DNA from: Methanopyrus kandleri AV19
GTDB lineage: Archaea > JAADCQ01 > Methanopyri > Methanopyrales > Methanopyraceae
DNA: 32,000 bases
NCBI RefSeq assembly: GCF_000007185.1
Contig: NC_003551.1
Coordinates: forward strand, 210,001 to 242,000
Direction: 5' to 3'
Part shown: positions 8,648-21,260 of the stretch, in pieces
Numbering within the stretch: the first letter of the stretch is position 1
How the letters are laid out: each line of letters begins with the position of its first letter
Notes under the pieces: model-generated
What the model was told of the DNA's origin: nothing
Seen by the model: the letters and a program-made list of their open reading frames with translations, nothing else
Databases searched by the model: none
Translations under genes and position numbers: made by a program

Positions 8648-9319
8648 GTGCGGCTGGCTTTCATCGGAGGGACCGGCCATCAAGGGTTCGGACTCGCGCT
8701 GAGACTGGCGGCGGCGGGACACCACGTGATCATAGGATCGAGGGAGGAGGAACGCGCCGTTAAAGCCGCGGAGGAGGCCGAGGAGATCCTGGCAGAGCAC
8801 GGGTATGAGGACGTCACCGTTGAAGGTCGCGAGAATTCCGATGCCGCCGCCGAGGCGGAGGTTGTGTTCCTGACTGTCCCGTTCTTCGCTGTCATCGACA
8901 CGGTGAAGGCGATCCGGGACTCCCTCGACGAGGACGCGATCGTCGTGGACGTCACGGTACCGTTGGAAACCGCCGTAGGAGGCAAGCCCACCCGGCTGAT
9001 CAGACCGTGGGCCGGATCGGCGGCTGAAACCGTGCAGTCCCTGGTCAACAACCCCGTGGTATCCGCGTTCGAAAACGTCTCCGCCGAGTCACTTCGGGAC
9101 CTGGAGAAAGAGGTTAAGTGCGACGTGGTGGTGTGTTCGGACCACGAGGACGCGAAGCGCACCGTCATGGAGCTCGCGGAGGAGATACCGGGAGTTCGGG
9201 CGATAGACGGCGGACCGTTGGAGAACGCCAGGATCGTGGAGTCCATCACGGCACTGCTGATCAGCCTCAACATGCGGTACGGTAAGGAGGACGTCGGGAT
9301 CAGGTTCACCAACCTGTAG
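8648..9319 (+). CDS. npdG: F420-dependent NADP reductase (F420H2:NADP oxidoreductase)
   Basis: Rossmann motif LAFIGGTGHQGFGLALRLAAAGHHVIIGSR, VVFLTVPFFAVIDTV, MRYGKEDVGIRFTNL C-terminus. Confidence 0.9.
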   Translation: MRLAFIGGTGHQGFGLALRLAAAGHHVIIGSREEERAVKAAEEAEEILAEHGYEDVTVEGRENSDAAAEAEVVFLTVPFFAVIDTVKAIRDSLDEDAIVVDVTVPLETAVGGKPTRLIRPWAGSAAETVQSLVNNPVVSAFENVSAESLRDLEKEVKCDVVVCSDHEDAKRTVMELAEEIPGVRAIDGGPLENARIVESITALLISLNMRYGKEDVGIRFTNL

Positions 9320-9391
9320 GGGGTCCGCCCGCGTCCCGATCTTCACCCCATCCGCTCGGGACTTTGTCTTCATCCCCCAGGGGGCGCCGCG

Positions 9392-10672
9392 TTGAGGGAT
9401 TTTCTGAGGTGCGTAGAGGACGATTTGGTGGTAGTCAAGGAGGAGTTGTCGCCGGAGTACGAGGTGCCGGCGGTTCTCCAGGAACTCGATAGACCGGTGG
9501 TGTTCGAGGGCGTCGAAGGCTACGACATCCCGCTGGTAGGTAACCTATGTTGTAGTCGGGAGTACTTGGTGAGGGCACTAGGAGCGGAATCCTGGGACGA
9601 TGTCCTGCGGAAACTCGCGGAGGCTATGGACTCGCCGAAGGAACCGCGGAAAGAACGCTCCCCGTCGTTCCTCGAAGCCGAGCGTGGACCCGAGTTCCTG
9701 AAGGAGTTTCCGATGTGTCGATTTTACCGGACTGACGGTGGTCCCTACCTCACGGCCTCCCTGGTCGTCGCGGTCGAGCCCGAGGAAGGCATCCCCAACG
9801 CGTCCGTGCACAGGATGATGTACCTCGGTGACGGCAAGTTCGCGGTACGGGTCGTCCCCCGTCATCTCTACAGATACTACGAGAAGGCCGACCACGATCT
9901 ACCCGTGGCGGTGTGCCTGGGAGTGGACCCGCGGACGATGTTCGCGTGCTGCGCCCGCGTACCGTATGAAGTCAGCGAGCTGGACGTCGCGGCGGCGTTC
10001 TGGGAGGACCTCCGGGTGTACGAGGTTGACTACGGGATCCCGGTACCCGCGGAGAGCGAGATCGTTATGGTGGGTAGACTGACCCCCGAGCGTGCCCCGG
10101 AAGGGCCCTTCGTGGACGTGACGCGCACCTTGGACGAACGGCGTCGCGAGCCCGTCTTCGAGGTCGAGAAGGTGTACACCCGGGAGGACCCGTACCACCC
10201 GATAATCCTCCCGGGCGGAGAGGAGCACCGGATCATGATGGGCGGTCCCGCCGAGGCCACGGTCCTCGCTCACGTCTCCCGGGTGTCGGAGGTGGTCAAG
10301 GTCAGACTGACTCCGGGCGGGGGAAGGTGGCTCCACGCGGTGGTATCGATACGGAAGCGCACGGAAGGTGAGGCCGTGAACGCCGGCCTCGCCGCGCTGG
10401 CGGCCCATCCGAGCCTGAAGCACGTGGTGGTCGTGGACGAAGACGTGGACCCGGACGATCCGGAACAAGTCGAGTACGCGCTCGCGACGAGGTTCCAGGC
10501 GGATCGCGACCTGCACGTGGTGAGGGGTCTCGGGTCCACCCTCGACCCGTCGGCGGAGGAGGGGATCATGGCGAAGGCCGTGTTCGACGCGACGGCCCCG
10601 GTGGAGAAAAGGGAACGGTTCGAGGTGGTCGAGGTGCCCGTGAGCGATCGGGTCCGGCGGATCCTGGACGAA

Positions 10673-10681
<9 letters not shown>
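9392..10681 (+). CDS. UbiD-family (prenylated-FMN dependent) decarboxylase; candidate anhydromevalonate phosphate decarboxylase
   Basis: UbiD-like [68 protein letters not shown]. The specific substrate is inferred from archaeal pathway knowledge. Confidence 0.8.
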
Positions 10682-13494
<2,813 letters not shown>

Positions 13495-15320
13495 GGGGTC
13501 ACCACCCACCGTTTAGCGTTGTTCGGACTGACGTCGGGACCTGTGTCCGTACGGAGCGGTTCCAGGGTCAGGATCGCGTAGACGTCGCTCGACTGCGCCA
13601 ACATGAACGGGACGTCGGGTACCGGGCTGTCCCCTCGACCCATGATCACGGTGTAATGGCGGTTCGGAGCGTCCGCGTCGAACTGAATCCTGGCCTCGGT
13701 CTCCCAGGAGCGTATCGGGTACCCGAAGAACACCGTGAACCTGTAGTCCCTGTTGGAAAGCACGTTGTTGATGTCTCCCAGGATCAGGCCCTTGGCCAGC
13801 GCGAAGACGCCCTCGAGCCCTACGGCCACCGCCTCCACGTCGTACAGTTGGTCCGGGATCCTATTGAACTCCAAGTATCTGTTCCAAGCCCACTCGCAGA
13901 AGCCGGACGCCAGGGCATACCACGTGAGTATCAGGGGACGACCTTTAGGACCCTCGAACACCACCGCGTACGGCCCCACCAACCCCCAGCCCAGCTCCTG
14001 GTCGTTCCCCTCCGGGATCCGGTTGTACGTCACCACGAGGTAGTCCTTGAGGTCGAACAGCAGGGTGCTGGTAGTCAGATCCACCCCGATCAGGTCCCAG
14101 GGGTAGTGCCCCAGGCACGGGAGCGCGGCGTAGAAGTTGGGTGTGCCCACCTGGATCGAGTTGTTCCAGGGGTCGGTCAGCGTCATGTAGGACAGGAAGA
14201 TGTGTGGGTTCGCCCCCAGGATCTCGGGGAGCACTTCGTCGAACTCCGATGTTATATCCCAGTACATCCCACTTTCCGCCGGTGAAGGGACCAAGATGAC
14301 GCCCTCCCAGCTGTAACCCGTCAGGCGCAGGTCCTCGGCCGCCCAGGCGATCGGCAACCCGTAGAGGGCGCCCAAGTACAGCGAGCTGGGCCAGGGCTCG
14401 AACGTTTGAGCCACCCTCCACGACTCCGCTCGCCGTGGAACGTTGAAGATCACGGCGGGAGCTCCGGCGGTGATGTCCGCCGAAGCCCGGACGTAAATCG
14501 CGTCGTCGCCGAAGACCAGCCTGGCCTCCTCCCTGAACGCCTCGGTCTTATACACGACCACGATGAGATCGGAGTTCACGCACAGCCGATAGAACGGATC
14601 GTTCTCAACGCCCTGCCACGTGAAGGGACTGGCGGGGTTAATCACGTGCGCGCCGGGAACCAGGGGTATCAGTACGTCCTTGGTCTCCGTGGGGGAGATG
14701 ACCGTGGCTCTCGCCATGAGCGCGATCACCACACCGACCTTCTCCGGGTGCTCCGCAGCCTCGGGCAGCCGACGACGGAGGTCCTCTACAGCCTTCCATT
14801 TGAGCGCCAGGGCGGACGAGATGGCGAGTGAGTCGTACTCGGAGACTATCAGCACGAGATGGCTGTAACCTAGGGCCGTGAACAGCTCCAGTGGATCCGG
14901 GGTCCCGGACGACAGGTCCACCTCGATCCGCGGCGAGGAGGGCAGCACCTCGTTGATCACGTGGTCGGCGATGCCCATAACGCCTAACTGAGATCCACGC
15001 GTGACCGCCGGGAACACGTGGATTCTACCGTCGGCGTCCTCGTAGGACAGGAGCGAGAAGTAGGGTACCCAGTACGCGCATGCCGGGAACTTGTACCCCC
15101 CGTAGTTGCCGGAGTCCCCGGGCGGGACGCGGTACCCGGGGTTGTCCCCGGCTCCTTTCTCCACGACTTGACCGTTGGCGTCCGGTACCTTGAACACCAC
15201 GAGGTGCGATTCGTCGAGGACCACCGTGGGCGCCGCGGAGGTGGAACCTATAAGGGTAATTAAGAGCGCGAGCGCCGGGATCCACGGACCCCTCAACCGC
15301 CCACCCCGCGGGGAGGAACG

Positions 15321-16688
15321 ATGCTGAGGGAAGCGGTAAAAGACATCGAATCGGGTCACGTCGACCCGTCGGAGCGGATCCATGAGTATCTCGAAAAGAT
15401 CGACCGAGAGAACCCGGATATAAATGCATTGATCTATATCAATGGGGGAGCGCCGGAGGAGGTCGGATCGGAGGGGCCGCTCGCTGGAGTCGCCATAGCC
15501 GTCAAGGCCAACATCAACGTGGAGGGGATGCCGTGCGACTGCGCGTCCAAGACGCTGGAGGGGTACCGGGCTCCCTTCGACGCGACGGTCGTGCGGAGGA
15601 TCAAGGAAGCGGGCGCCGCGGTGATCGGTATCGCGAACATGGACGAGTTCGCGGCCGGCTCCTCGGGCGAGACCTCGTGCCACGGACCTACCGATAACCC
15701 GAGGTGTCCGGGGCGCATCCCGGGCGGGTCGAGCTCGGGGAGCGCCGCGGCCGTCGCGGCGGGCCTCTGCGACGCGGCCCTGGGCTCGGACACGGGCGGG
15801 TCGATCCGGAACCCGGCGTCACACTGCGGTGTGGTCGGGTTCAAGCCCACGTACGGCCTGGTCCCGCGGCAGGGTCTCATCGACCTGGCCATGAGTCTGG
15901 ATCAGATCGGACCCATCACCAGGACCGTCGAGGACGCCGCGCTGCTGCTGGAGGTGATCGCGGGCCCGGGTGAGGACGTCGAAGGGACCGTGCGGAACGC
16001 CGAGGTCCCCCGGTTCTCGGAGCTGCTGGACCCGGAGGAAGTGGAAGGTATGCGCATAGGTCTCGTGAGGGAGTTCCTCGAGGTCTCGGAGCCCGAGATC
16101 GCGGAGGTCGCCAAGGAGGCGGCTCGTGCCCTGGAGCGGGCCGGGGCCACCGTCGAGGAGGTGAGCCTGGGTCGGAAGCTCGTCGACGTGGCACTACCCA
16201 CGTACTACGTGATCAACTACGTGGAGTTCTTCTCGGCGACGCGCCGGTTCGACGGACGGAGGTACGGTCGTAGGATCGAGCACGTCTGCGGAAAGGAAGT
16301 TCTCCGGAGGATCGTGGCCGGGGCCGCGATCAGCCGGCAGGAGGTCCGCGGTCAGTACTACGAGCGGGCGCTGAGAGCCAGGACGTGGATCCGACGCAGA
16401 CTGTTGGAGGCGTTGGAGGGCTACGACGCGTTGCTGGGACCGACGGTGCCGAAGCCTCCACATCGTATCGGAGAGGAGTTGAGCGTCCGTGAGATGTACG
16501 GGTACGACGTGCTGACCGTGATCCCTAACCTGGCCGGGTGTCCGGCCGGAAGCGTGCCGTTCGACACGATTAACGTGGATGGCGACCGGGTGCCGTGCGG
16601 TGTTCAGGTGATCGCGCGGCCGTGGGAGGATCTGACCGCCCTGAACGTCATGGCGGCCCTCGAGCGGGCCGCCTCCTTCGAGCCCTGA
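15321..16688 (+). CDS. gatA: Glutamyl/aspartyl-tRNA(Gln/Asn) amidotransferase subunit A
   Basis: Amidase signature: GVAIAVKANI, IGIANMDEFAAGSSGETS...GRIPGGSSSGSAAAVAAGLCDAALGSDTGGSIRNPASHCGVVGFKPTYGLVPRQGL. Confidence 0.95.
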   Translation: MLREAVKDIESGHVDPSERIHEYLEKIDRENPDINALIYINGGAPEEVGSEGPLAGVAIAVKANINVEGMPCDCASKTLEGYRAPFDATVVRRIKEAGAAVIGIANMDEFAAGSSGETSCHGPTDNPRCPGRIPGGSSSGSAAAVAAGLCDAALGSDTGGSIRNPASHCGVVGFKPTYGLVPRQGLIDLAMSLDQIGPITRTVEDAALLLEVIAGPGEDVEGTVRNAEVPRFSELLDPEEVEGMRIGLVREFLEVSEPEIAEVAKEAARALERAGATVEEVSLGRKLVDVALPTYYVINYVEFFSATRRFDGRRYGRRIEHVCGKEVLRRIVAGAAISRQEVRGQYYERALRARTWIRRRLLEALEGYDALLGPTVPKPPHRIGEELSVREMYGYDVLTVIPNLAGCPAGSVPFDTINVDGDRVPCGVQVIARPWEDLTALNVMAALERAASFEP

Positions 16689-16763
16689 GACTCCATGCTC
16701 GAGTTCTTCCCTTGACAGCTCCGACCTCTGTCCCTATTCGGGACCGGCAGTCGGACTGTTCAC

Positions 16764-16970
16764 GCATAGCTTATGCATGATTCACGTACGATTGTTGAAA
16801 GACGGTGTGATACCTTACGGACGGTAGTTCAATAGTCGTCATGTCATTCACGCACGTACAACATACGACTTATGCATAACTTACGTACAGAACGTTGACG
16901 TCACTCATAACTTCGGAGTGTGTCACGTGGTTCGCCTCATAGCCATTTGTGCGACTTTATTATGCATCCG
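16764..16970. repeat. AT-rich intergenic block with three TTATGCAT elements and a degenerate direct repeat
   Basis: TTATGCAT at 16771, 16870 and 16960. 'cata-gcttatgcatgattcacgtac' resembles 'catacgacttatgcataacttacgtac'. TTATGCATAA is a perfect 10-bp palindrome at the second copy. Confidence 0.4.
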
Positions 16971-17060
16971 CGCCACGGCTCGGTCGGTACCGACGCTATT
17001 TGTGCGTCTGTTTTGGGGAGGGGTCTCGGCAGATCGTCGTGGGCCGCCTACCGCCGGAGG

Positions 17061-17477
17061 GCGATATCATGTTCGCACAAAATTGGGGAGCCGCAGAAGG
17101 GCGAGCGCGGCCGCACGATCTACCTAAGGCAGAAAAACTCAGTACAACTCCTCCAAGAATGGCTCGAAACAATCCGACTCGCGGCACCACGACTCTGCGA
17201 CCGGGAGAAAGTCAAACGGTTCGGCGGGCCGTCCGGAGGGCGCTGACACCTACTCGAACGGCTCTCGCAGGGAATACCGCACGAGGACGAGCGGATCGTG
17301 CTCAGAGACTCGATTCTCCAGGCCATTGGATACTGTCCTTTAAGGACTAAGAGACCGGATGGTGGCGGGAACATACTCGCGGACCTCTTGGAGACGTTAC
17401 CGGAAGGGTTCCGAGACTTCGTACTAGAACCCCTCACACCGTGGCCCGTTCGGTACAGTTACGGACCAAGAGGCTAA
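17061..17477 (+). pseudogene. Coding-like reading frame interrupted by a single TGA at 17244-17246
   Basis: Frame reads AISCSHKIGEPQKGERGRTIYLRQKNSVQLLQEWLETIRLAAPRLCDREKVKRFGGPSGGR[TGA]HLLERLSQGIPHEDERIVLRDSILQAIGYCPLRTKRPDGGGNILADLLETLPEGFRDFVLEPLTPWPVRYSYGPRG*, with protein-like composition on both sides of the stop. Confidence 0.4.
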
Positions 17478-17526
17478 CCGGGCGACAGAAGCTTAACCGG
17501 CAGGACGGAGGACGTCGGGGGCCGAC

Positions 17527-17967
17527 GTGACCCGCTCCTACCTGGTGTTCGACGTGGGGAGGTACCGAGAGCTGGCTGAGGAGCTCGTGAAGCCGGAGGA
17601 CATCGTGGTGGAGGTCGGCGCCGCCGCGGGTGATACCACCGTCAGACTGGCCCGCAACGCCCGGCTGGTGATCGCCTTCGAGAAGTCGGAGGAGATGTTC
17701 GAACGGCTGAGGGAACGCGTGCGCGACCTGGACAACGTGATCGTCCTGTGCGAGGACGGGTTCGAGCTGGGGGAAGTGCTCAAACGTACGGAGCGCGTGG
17801 ACGCTGTCTTCATCGACGTAGGGGGTGGGGCGCAGCCGAGGTTGGCACTGGCGCTGTGGGAGGCTTACTACTCGCGCTTCCGTCCGAGGGTGATCGTGGT
17901 CCGGAACCGGAGGCTCTGCCGGCTGATCGAGACCGTGGAACGCGTGGAGTGCGATGAGGAGGTATAG
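17527..17967 (+). CDS. Class I SAM-dependent methyltransferase (small)
   Basis: VKPEDIVVEVGAAAGDTTVRLARNARLVIAFEKS...VDAVFIDVGG, the SAM-binding motif I region. GTG start. Confidence 0.7.
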   Translation: MTRSYLVFDVGRYRELAEELVKPEDIVVEVGAAAGDTTVRLARNARLVIAFEKSEEMFERLRERVRDLDNVIVLCEDGFELGEVLKRTERVDAVFIDVGGGAQPRLALALWEAYYSRFRPRVIVVRNRRLCRLIETVERVECDEEV

Positions 17968-18105
17968 CCGCCTCTGACGCGGTGATGAGGGCACTCGGGG
18001 CCGAGCACGCGCTCCGCGATGAGGAGGTGACCCCACTGACGGCTCGCACGTCGATCGGAGGATGAAACGTTCTACCGGGGGGCGGAAGGTTGCCCGAGGG
18101 CGCCT

Positions 18106-18993
18106 TCAGAGGCGGTCACGAACGGCTTCAGCGAGCTCGGAGAAGGCCTCGGAGACTCGCGAGTCGGGGGCGGCGATGACGAACGGTTTACCTTCCTCCT
18201 CGGCCTTCCGCTTCGCCTCCGGGTCTAGGGGTATCCGGGCGAGGACCTCGGTGTCGAATCGCTCCGCGAGCTTCTCCGAGTAGTCGTCCGAGAAGTACTC
18301 GATCGTGCTCCCGCACTCGGGGCAGACGATCCCGTGCATGTTACTGACGATCCCGATCAACCGAGCCTCCAGCTTATCGACGGCTTCACCGGCCTTCACG
18401 ACGTCGGAGAACGCCAGGGACTCGGGGCTGGCGACCAGGAGCACGTTACGGGCGTCCTCGGGGAGCATCTGCAGCGCCGTCATGACCTCGTCACCGGTTC
18501 CAGGAGGCATGTCGATGATCAGGTAGTCCAGGTCGCCCCAGCGCGTCTTGACGAGGATCTCGCGGATGAAGCCGGACTTGCGCGGCCCACGCCAGAGGAC
18601 GGGGAGGTCCTCGCGCTCCAGCATGGTGCCGATGGACATCACTTTCACGTCACGGTAGCCCGAGAGCGGGAACAGACCGGCGGGCGTTCCCTGTGGGGGC
18701 TCCGTGACCCCGAGTTGCTCAGGTACGTTCGGTCCGTGGATGTCCAGGTCCAGGATACCCACCTCGTCGTCCTCGGCCAGCGCGAGCGCGAGGTTCACCG
18801 AGACGGTGGTCTTACCCACGCCGCCTTTGCCGCTCATGACGACAAGGACGTGCTCGACGCTCTCCAGGTTCTTCTCGATGGCTTCGCGTTCCTTCTCGAG
18901 GCGCTTCTCTAGCTCCTCTCGGGACGGGTGGTGCGGGTGGCCCTCACGTGGCTCGTTCCCCTCGGCCAAGGGACTCACCCCGGTTAGGTGCAC
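18106..18993 (-). CDS. Mrp/NBP35 family Fe-S cluster carrier P-loop ATPase
   Basis: VLVVMSGKGGVGKTTVSVNLALALA, GILDLDIHGPNVP, LDYLIIDMPPGTGDE, GIVSNMHGIVCPECGS (CxxC). Confidence 0.92.
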   Translation of the reverse strand: MHLTGVSPLAEGNEPREGHPHHPSREELEKRLEKEREAIEKNLESVEHVLVVMSGKGGVGKTTVSVNLALALAEDDEVGILDLDIHGPNVPEQLGVTEPPQGTPAGLFPLSGYRDVKVMSIGTMLEREDLPVLWRGPRKSGFIREILVKTRWGDLDYLIIDMPPGTGDEVMTALQMLPEDARNVLLVASPESLAFSDVVKAGEAVDKLEARLIGIVSNMHGIVCPECGSTIEYFSDDYSEKLAERFDTEVLARIPLDPEAKRKAEEEGKPFVIAAPDSRVSEAFSELAEAVRDRL

Positions 18994-19170
18994 CTAATGA
19001 GTCGTTCGAGGCTCTTAAAACCGGTTCCCCTGTGTGCCCACGTCGAGCGACGGTACCGATGGACCGATCCCAGGCTAAACGATCTGGGGACGGTCGACGG
19101 CACCCGGGCGCGGATCGGGCTCGTAGAGGCGGGTTCAGCCGGCGGGAGGGCGCGGGTGAGCCCTGCCCGG

Positions 19171-20037
19171 TCATCGCCGCACTCGTTCTCCGACGGTGGA
19201 GCGCCCGATGAGGACGAGCCGGCGGTAGCCTAGAAGCCGCGCCAAGCGACCGCACTCCGGTACTTCGGTACGGCCGAAGGTCTTCGCCTTGATGAGGTCC
19301 CCCAACGCCCCTCCCGTGAGTACGTCCCATACGGCGTCCATGAGCGTTGGGTCCTCGATCTCGAGTCGTTCCTCCAGGTACTCACGAAGCCTGGGTTCCA
19401 CCTTGAACCGGTAGAACGCCCCGGCCAGGGTGAAGGAGATCAGGAAAGCGATAGACCCTATCGGGTCCCCTCGCGTGCACGCGAGCAGGAGGGCCGTCGC
19501 GACCGAGGCGTTCCCCGCGTCCCCGAGCATCACGCGACCCTTCAGGTCCAGCAGGACGTAGGGTATGAGCGCCGCCCAGGCGACGGAGACCAGGGTCGGG
19601 TTCCACCATGGGAGGGTCGCGACGGTGGCGGTCAGCGCGGCGAAGGTGAACGCGCGCGGCTGCATGTCCACAATGTTGGCGGGTTGTGGGAGGAACCCCG
19701 CCACGAGCCCCGTGATAGGGTGGAACTTCCACCAACACCACCCGAAGGCCACCAACATCGCGGTACCCCGGGCCAGATGACCCACCTCGACACCGAACCT
19801 CGTGGGAGTCCTGCCGAGCGCGTCGTCCACGAACCCCAGCACGGCGTGGGCCGCGACCGGGACGCCGTGGGTTAGGGGCGCCAGATACGCGTATATTAAG
19901 GCCGGGATGACGCCGACGCCCCTCGGTGTACCTCCCCGAACGGGCTCGTAGAGCGGTCCGTCCAGGAACTTGAAGATCGCGCACGCCGCGAGGGTCGCAG
20001 GTGCGGACGCTACGAGTGCCACCAACATGGCGTGCAC
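19171..20037 (-). CDS. MraY/WecA-like glycosyltransferase family 4 membrane protein
   Basis: Polytopic protein with GFVDDALGR (DDxxG), MLGDAGNAS, and prenyl-phosphate GlcNAc/MurNAc-pentapeptide transferase-like layout. Confidence 0.65.
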   Translation of the reverse strand: MHAMLVALVASAPATLAACAIFKFLDGPLYEPVRGGTPRGVGVIPALIYAYLAPLTHGVPVAAHAVLGFVDDALGRTPTRFGVEVGHLARGTAMLVAFGWCWWKFHPITGLVAGFLPQPANIVDMQPRAFTFAALTATVATLPWWNPTLVSVAWAALIPYVLLDLKGRVMLGDAGNASVATALLLACTRGDPIGSIAFLISFTLAGAFYRFKVEPRLREYLEERLEIEDPTLMDAVWDVLTGGALGDLIKAKTFGRTEVPECGRLARLLGYRRLVLIGRSTVGERVRR

Positions 20038-20075
20038 GGACTAGCCCCCACAGTCGGCTCGGGAGGACACCCAAG

Positions 20076-21260
20076 ATGGGAAGATTCGAGCGCAACTTGG
20101 CGGCGATGTTCACGGAATACGCCCTGATCAGCACGCTCCAGGCCCTCTTCTGGATCGTGCTACCTAGGACCCTGGGCCCTCAGCAGTTCGGGAAGCTCGT
20201 GCTTCTGATCAACTTGGCGGGGTTCCTCTCCGACCCCATCCATCAGGCGGTGGCCTTCGCGTGTTCTCCCGAGCTGTTGGGTCTCGGGGATAGGGAGCGC
20301 GCCTCCCTGTGCGTTTCAGCTGTGATCGTCTCATTGATGCTCTCCTTCGCGGTCGCTTCGGCGATGCTGCTCGCCATCACCTTCCTACCTGTACCGGAGA
20401 AGCTCCGTATCGTGTCGGATCCGTGGGTTGCCTCCGGCTTGTTGGTCTTATGTATGTCACCGGTGACGAAGGTCGTGGAACCGTTCCTCCTCGCCGCCGG
20501 ACGGAACGTGTTCGTGGTGGCCATAGCCCTGGGTCACGCCGCTAAGGTGGTGATTCCGCCGCTACTGAGGACTTCGTGGGTCGGAGCGGCGATATGTACC
20601 GGACTCTGCCCGTTATTGGCCGGCCTGGCGACCCTACCGCTCGTCGGTAGGCCTCGGGGATGGAATTTCGCGATCGGGTACCTCACACGCGGTATGGTCA
20701 TCGTCGTGGATCGTCTCGTCGAGTTGGGATCGTACGCGTACGCGGTCCTCCTAACGTACCTCCTGTACGGCTCGAAGACCTCGGCGTTCGTCGGTCTGGG
20801 GTTGGCGGCCTACAAGTTCGCGGCTCTGACGTTGGAGGCGTTCGTACCGCCGATAACGCTCGAAGTCGGGGCGGGCGAGGAGGAACAGGCGTTCAGGGGA
20901 CTACGCCGGTACCTCGTCCCGGCGAGTATCGCTACGGCCGTTGCGATCGTCTCGTGCGCTGACCTCGCACCGGTGGTTCTCTCGACCGAGTACGGGCCGG
21001 CGGTGCCGATCGTCCGATGGTTCTCGCTCCCCACACTCCTGCTCCCTTACCACATCGCACTACGGGCGTACCTCATCGGAAGCCGTAGATTGCGTCTGCT
21101 CCTCGTGTACCGTACCCTTTACGCCTCCTCGTTCTTCGTCATCCTTCATACGCTGACCGGAGCGTTCGGGCCCGTGAGCGTGCCACTGGGGTTGTTAGCG
21201 GCTCTTTCGTCCGCACCTCCGATGGTAGCGATGATCCGACGTCATACGGTCACCGAATGA
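20076..21260 (+). CDS. Polysaccharide/lipid-linked precursor flippase-like (MOP superfamily) membrane protein
   Basis: Polytopic, ~12 hydrophobic segments, with an N-terminus typical of Wzx/MurJ-like exporters (MGRFERNLAAMFTEYALISTLQALFWIVLPRTLGPQQFGKLVLLINLAGF). The inner ATG at 20076 is preferred over 20001, which overlaps the divergent gene. Confidence 0.6.
   Translation: MGRFERNLAAMFTEYALISTLQALFWIVLPRTLGPQQFGKLVLLINLAGFLSDPIHQAVAFACSPELLGLGDRERASLCVSAVIVSLMLSFAVASAMLLAITFLPVPEKLRIVSDPWVASGLLVLCMSPVTKVVEPFLLAAGRNVFVVAIALGHAAKVVIPPLLRTSWVGAAICTGLCPLLAGLATLPLVGRPRGWNFAIGYLTRGMVIVVDRLVELGSYAYAVLLTYLLYGSKTSAFVGLGLAAYKFAALTLEAFVPPITLEVGAGEEEQAFRGLRRYLVPASIATAVAIVSCADLAPVVLSTEYGPAVPIVRWFSLPTLLLPYHIALRAYLIGSRRLRLLLVYRTLYASSFFVILHTLTGAFGPVSVPLGLLAALSSAPPMVAMIRRHTVTE

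Noticed and set aside
15360-15683. Upstream extension of paralog B (MARGLARGAGRELVHVRDTDHRG...)
   Set aside because: This part is antisense to gatA, with Arg/Asp/His-rich composition. The signal peptide starts only near 15.3 kb.
17244-17246. TGA at 17244 as a second selenocysteine codon
   Set aside because: Context (GGR-TGA-HLLERL) matches no selenoprotein motif I know, and no GAA/A-type SECIS was seen just after the TAA at 17475. A decayed gene is more likely.
17434-18036. 200-aa minus-strand ORF opposite the methyltransferase
   Set aside because: His/Arg/Pro-rich antisense shadow of a frame with a clear SAM-binding motif.
19382-20134. 250-aa minus-strand ORF overlapping the MraY-like gene
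   Set aside because: Arg/Gly/Pro-rich shadow frame. The MraY-like frame carries real membrane motifs.
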